From assembly GCF_051201565.1 (NCBI RefSeq), contig NZ_CP179200.1, forward strand, positions 1,560,001-1,592,000: a DNA stretch of 32,000 nucleotides. The letters run 5' to 3'. Position 1 is the first letter of the stretch; the number at the start of each line of letters is the position of its first letter. Made by a program: the position numbers and the translations under genes. Of this stretch, positions 29,020-32,000 are shown one piece after another. The notes under the pieces were generated by a model, which searched no databases, was not told the DNA's origin, and saw only the letters and a list, made by a program, of their open reading frames with translations. Origin of the DNA: Pseudothioglobus sp. nBUS_23 (lineage in GTDB: Bacteria > Pseudomonadota > Gammaproteobacteria > PS1 > Pseudothioglobaceae).

Positions 29020-29103
29020 ATGAAAAACATGCCGCCAGTAGTCATTGTTGCAATTATCGTTGCTGTAGTAGTTCTGCTGATTCAGTATTTTTTCAATTTC
29101 TAA
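29020..29103 (+). CDS. Possible 27-aa hydrophobic micro-ORF
   Basis: Hand translation gives MKNMPPVVIVAIIVAVVVLLIQYFFNF followed by a stop, i.e. one TM helix. No Shine-Dalgarno element. Below the track's length cutoff. It could be a chance ORF in AT-rich spacer. Confidence 0.2.
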   Translation: MKNMPPVVIVAIIVAVVVLLIQYFFNF

Positions 29104-29135
29104 TTGCACAATCCTTACAACTCAAATCTTTGATA

Positions 29136-29303
29136 TTACATACACTCCCATAGCATGGGCGAAGTTTGTAAAAGATACTTAAATAAACTAGGCTGAATAA
29201 TCAAAAAAAATAAGGCACACAAGGTGACCAATATCAATAAAAGCCTAATTCTCGATCTCGATTGAAATTGACTGTTGTTAAATTCTGTTACATTATGCAT
29301 CAT
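29136..29303 (-). CDS. Unannotated 55-aa single-pass membrane protein
   Basis: Hand translation gives MMHNVTEFNNSQFQSRSRIRLLLILVTLCALFFLIIQPSLFKYLLQTSPMLWECM followed by a stop. AGGAG lies 4 nt upstream of the ATG and overlaps the TAG stop of the hotdog gene (TAGGAGTGTTATGATG), suggesting translational coupling. Confidence 0.45.
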   Translation of the reverse strand: MMHNVTEFNNSQFQSRSRIRLLLILVTLCALFFLIIQPSLFKYLLQTSPMLWECM

Positions 29304-29310
29304 AACACTC

Positions 29311-29790
29311 CTATGACTTATCTTTTAACGACAGAGTAAGTTCAAACTTGGCTACGATATCAGGTGATAGAGAAGGAACGATAGCATCAATCTTAAGCTT
29401 AAAATTATGACGATCACTTGATTTAGCAACTGTCTCTACAAGCTCTCTAACTGCCAAGCCATCATTGCATATGAAGTGAACATCACCCTCTGGTCTTTTT
29501 AAAAAGTCGGCCTTAAAGTCTTTGAAAATAAGGTTAATTTTTCGACCACTTTCTTGAATGGGGTTCATAGCTAGAAATCCACCAGTAATGTCCGCTCCAA
29601 CGGCAAGAACGCCAAAGTACATACTTCCTAAGTGATTCTTTGTTTTTCTTTTCAGTGGGATTTTGATTTCAATCCTTTCATCAGTATGCTCTATAACTTT
29701 TGGCCTGCAGTACCAAATCATTGGCACCTTAGTTATTCCAAACAATTGAATCAAACGAGTCGTCTTATTTGCTATTGAAGCCATTTTCAT
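29311..29790 (-). CDS. Hotdog-fold protein, DUF4442/PaaI-like thioesterase family
   Basis: 159 aa. The pattern TKNHLGSMYFGVLAVGADITGGFLAM ... LIFKDFKADFLKRPEGDVHF parallels the NH.G..H......L.E...G ... Y.R.A.G core of DUF4442 as recalled. Confidence 0.6.
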   Translation of the reverse strand: MKMASIANKTTRLIQLFGITKVPMIWYCRPKVIEHTDERIEIKIPLKRKTKNHLGSMYFGVLAVGADITGGFLAMNPIQESGRKINLIFKDFKADFLKRPEGDVHFICNDGLAVRELVETVAKSSDRHNFKLKIDAIVPSLSPDIVAKFELTLSLKDKS

Positions 29791-29813
29791 TGAGTTATGT
29801 TAAAAAAAATAGA

Positions 29814-30209
29814 CTATACAGAATAATCTTCTACTGCAGAGCATTCTGCACTAACAGCAGTAGCAGTTAAAGTATCAACATCATCAGAAGGCCAGCGAAA
29901 TACTTCGGCAAAATAAAAGCTTCCAAAAGAAAACTCAAAATTGTCTCCATAAAACTGCTCACCATTATCAGAGAAATCAATAATTTTTAGTTCGGTGCCA
30001 CTGAAGTAGTTTGAATCAGCTCCAAACTGAATTAGGTCTTTATTAACAATCCTAAATTTAAATTTCTGAGGAATATACTTAATTAGCTTTCCTTCTTTTA
30101 TTTCTATCGCCTGAGTCATCTCACAGTAATAAAGATCTCCAACCTTAGAAAAGGCACAAAAGGGCAACAAAAATAGAGCTAAAATCCAAAATAATTTTCT
30201 CATTTTCAT
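29814..30209 (-). CDS. Secreted/periplasmic hypothetical protein
   Basis: 131 aa. Signal peptide MKMRKLFWILALFLLPFCAFS-KV. The mature part is beta-rich and acidic, with two Cys residues (CEMTQ..., ...AECSA). No family recognised. Confidence 0.55.
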   Translation of the reverse strand: MKMRKLFWILALFLLPFCAFSKVGDLYYCEMTQAIEIKEGKLIKYIPQKFKFRIVNKDLIQFGADSNYFSGTELKIIDFSDNGEQFYGDNFEFSFGSFYFAEVFRWPSDDVDTLTATAVSAECSAVEDYSV

Positions 30210-30349
30210 CCTTAAATTAAATATTTATTAAAAAAAGTACCTTAATAATACATCGCATTTTTTTAATGTTTATATATTATTTAAATTAAATTTTATATGG
30301 ATAATTGGTGATTTTTTTCAATAATCTAAAAGAATAAAATTCATATATA

Positions 30350-30358
30350 TGATATAAT
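30350..30358 (+). promoter_or_regulatory. Extended -10 promoter element (TGATATAAT) for the suyA-like operon
   Basis: Exact TGnTATAAT about 70 nt upstream of the ATG at 30428. The -35 element is poor, which is tolerated by extended -10 promoters. Confidence 0.35.
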
Positions 30359-30427
30359 ATACTTCTCATTAAATTTTATTCTCAAAATTTAATCACGGTT
30401 TTTTTTAAAAATTTATAAGGAGTAGGC

Positions 30428-30709
30428 ATGATTCAATTTATAGTTCATGACGAAGACGATTCCGTCGGCGTTGTTACAGTTGAAGGGCTTAAAGCAAACG
30501 ACACCCTTAAGGGGTGGATTATGGATCAAGATGTCTTAATTGATATTAAGATAAATCAAGACATTCCTATTGGTCACAAACTTGCTATTAAGGATCTGAA
30601 TGAAGATGACACTGTCATCAAATATGGGGTAGATATTGGAAGAACAATTTCAAAGATTGCTGTTGGTGATCATCTACATGTTCATAACGTTAAAACAAAG
30701 AGGTGGTAA
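30428..30709 (+). CDS. UxaA-family small subunit (SAF domain); candidate (2R)-sulfolactate sulfo-lyase subunit SuyA
   Basis: 93 aa with a strong AAGGAG Shine-Dalgarno element. The SAF-domain pattern ([15 protein letters not shown]...[24 protein letters not shown]) equals the N-terminal domain of altronate/galactarate dehydratases, here as a separate polypeptide. Its size fits the small SuyA subunit. Confidence 0.6.
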   Translation: MIQFIVHDEDDSVGVVTVEGLKANDTLKGWIMDQDVLIDIKINQDIPIGHKLAIKDLNEDDTVIKYGVDIGRTISKIAVGDHLHVHNVKTKRW

Positions 30710-31878
30710 TGATAAATTTAGATCAAAAAATCTACGGATATAGACGCGACAACAATAGAGTAGGAATTCGCAACTACGTAGTCATTCTGCCTGTTGATGA
30801 TATTTCAAATGCAGCATGTGAAGCGGTGAGTAATAATATTAAGGGAACAATCGCTCTTCCTCACCCTTATGGTAGACTTCAGTTTGGTGAGGACCTAGAT
30901 CTTCATTTTAGAACAATGATTGGAACTGGTGCAAACCCTAACGTTGCTGCAGTTGTGGTTATTGGAATCGAACCGGACTGGACTCAAAAAATAGTTGATG
31001 GCATTGCTGCAACTGGTAAACCAGTTCAAGGCTTTTCTATCGAAAAGAAAGGCGATATCCAAACAATTGCTGATGCCTCAAAAGCAGCTTATGACATGGT
31101 TCATTATGCATCGGGACTGCAAAGAGAGCCTTGCGATATAAGTGAAATATGGGTATCAACCAAGTGTGGTGAGTCAGATACTACTTCAGGATTTGGAGCA
31201 AACCCAACAGTTGGAAATGCCTTTGATAAACTCTATGAAAAACAAAGCACACTCCTTTTTGGTGAAACCTCTGAGATTACAGGTGGTGAGCACTTGGTAA
31301 AGGCTAGATGTGCTAATGATGCCGTAGCAGATCAGTTCATGTTTATGTTCAATCGATACCAAGACATGATTGAGCGTTGGAAGACTGATGATCTTTCTGA
31401 TTCTCAGCCAACGAAAGGAAACATTGAAGGTGGCTTGACGACTATTGAGGAGAAAGCACTCGGAAATATTCAGAAAATTGGTAAGAAGTGTATGGTTGAT
31501 GGTGTCTTAGATAAAGCTGAAATGCCAACAAGCAAAGGCCTATGGTTCATGGATTCATCTTCTGCTGCTGCAGAGATGGTCACGTTATGTGCAGCCTCCG
31601 GATATGTTGCTCATTTATTCCCTACGGGTCAAGGAAACATTATTGGTAATCCAATCCTACCTGTGATCAAGGTTTGTGCAAACCCAAGAACAGTAAGGAC
31701 AATGTCTGAGCATGTTGATGTTGATGTAACTGCTCTTCTAAAGCGCGATATTAATATGGATCAGGCTGGGGATATGCTTCTTGAATCTCTTATCCATACA
31801 TCAAATGGAAGAATGACTGCGGCTGAAATACTTGGTCATCAAGAGTTTGTATTAACGCGTTTGTACGAGAGCGCATAG
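30703..31878 (+). CDS. UxaA-family large subunit; candidate (2R)-sulfolactate sulfo-lyase subunit SuyB
   Basis: 391 aa (about 42 kDa) that overlaps the small-subunit gene by 7 nt. UxaA/GarD C-terminal domain pattern ([52 protein letters not shown]). Family assignment is confident. The sulfo-lyase function is an inference. Confidence 0.6.
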   Translation: MVMINLDQKIYGYRRDNNRVGIRNYVVILPVDDISNAACEAVSNNIKGTIALPHPYGRLQFGEDLDLHFRTMIGTGANPNVAAVVVIGIEPDWTQKIVDGIAATGKPVQGFSIEKKGDIQTIADASKAAYDMVHYASGLQREPCDISEIWVSTKCGESDTTSGFGANPTVGNAFDKLYEKQSTLLFGETSEITGGEHLVKARCANDAVADQFMFMFNRYQDMIERWKTDDLSDSQPTKGNIEGGLTTIEEKALGNIQKIGKKCMVDGVLDKAEMPTSKGLWFMDSSSAAAEMVTLCAASGYVAHLFPTGQGNIIGNPILPVIKVCANPRTVRTMSEHVDVDVTALLKRDINMDQAGDMLLESLIHTSNGRMTAAEILGHQEFVLTRLYESA

Positions 31879-31904
31879 TTTAATTTTACTGAAGATAATA
31901 TAAT

Positions 31905-32000
31905 ATGAAATATTTAAAAAAAGCTGATAAAACTGCTGAATCTAATGTTCTAGAGGCCCAAAAGGTAGTCCATGATATGCTCTCTACCATTGATAAAAAT
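31905..32000 (+). CDS. N-terminal 32 codons of a HisD-like (histidinol dehydrogenase family) protein; candidate DHPS-3-dehydrogenase HpsN
   Basis: Hand translation gives MKYLKKADKTAESNVLEAQKVVHDMLSTIDKN..., truncated by the window edge. The YLKK....(V).V..ML..I pattern resembles N-termini of HisD-family paralogues. This is a very short sample. Confidence 0.4.
   Translation, partial: MKYLKKADKTAESNVLEAQKVVHDMLSTIDKN

Noticed and set aside
28805-29023. 72-aa plus-strand ORF overlapping the DegT start and running into the spacer
   Set aside because: About half of it is antisense to the DegT N-terminus. It has no motifs or Shine-Dalgarno element, and its end merely reaches the ATG of the 27-aa micro-ORF in another frame.
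1-32000. Whole-window scan for CRISPR repeats, IS or transposase ends, integrases, restriction-modification, toxin-antitoxin or other defence genes, rRNA and tRNA
   Set aside because: None was recognised. The only tRNA-like element is the tmRNA acceptor/T-arm. No spaced direct repeats or terminal inverted repeats were noticed by eye, and an exhaustive repeat search was not possible without tools.

Overview
The window is visibly AT-rich and very tightly packed. It looks like core chromosome from a streamlined proteobacterium: the EF-P/EpmA pair is gamma-type, while cysI-DUF934, the stand-alone RnfB-like ferredoxin and holA-proA adjacency are beta/gamma-type. I support about 36 protein-coding genes and one tmRNA. 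Many gene junctions overlap by 1-17 nt, and intrinsic terminators are almost absent.

Most of the content is housekeeping:
- efp-epmA-ycgN
- sucCD
- queA
- ftsH-folP-glmM
- holA-proA-tyrS
- ssrA
- a family-5 (peptide/opine-type) ABC importer

I found no rRNA, tRNA, CRISPR array, IS element, integrase, prophage or recognisable defence or toxin system. I cannot demonstrate a clearly new system from the sequence alone.

The points most worth a second look are:
1. A set of sulfite-related genes. These are a CysJ-less cysI-DUF934-DUF2061-fpr block, a divergent Lrp-type regulator with a TauE/SafE exporter, and a split UxaA-type pair followed by a HisD-like gene at the right edge. That last group fits sulfolactate sulfo-lyase SuyAB plus DHPS dehydrogenase HpsN.
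2. A small accessory-looking patch at 26.2-30.4 kb. It holds a 73-aa three-helix protein resembling half of a PnuC vitamin transporter, a DegT aminotransferase coupled to a periplasmic PQQ-type dehydrogenase, and a three-gene module of secreted protein, DUF4442 hotdog protein and a 55-aa membrane ORF missing from the track.
3. A few RNA or regulatory elements. These are a sigma-32-like promoter for ftsH, a hairpin plus U8 in the ABC operon leader, a perfect 15-bp intercistronic hairpin, and an operator-like palindrome in front of the suyA-like gene.

All family assignments rest on motif recognition by eye and from memory. They need profile searches to confirm.
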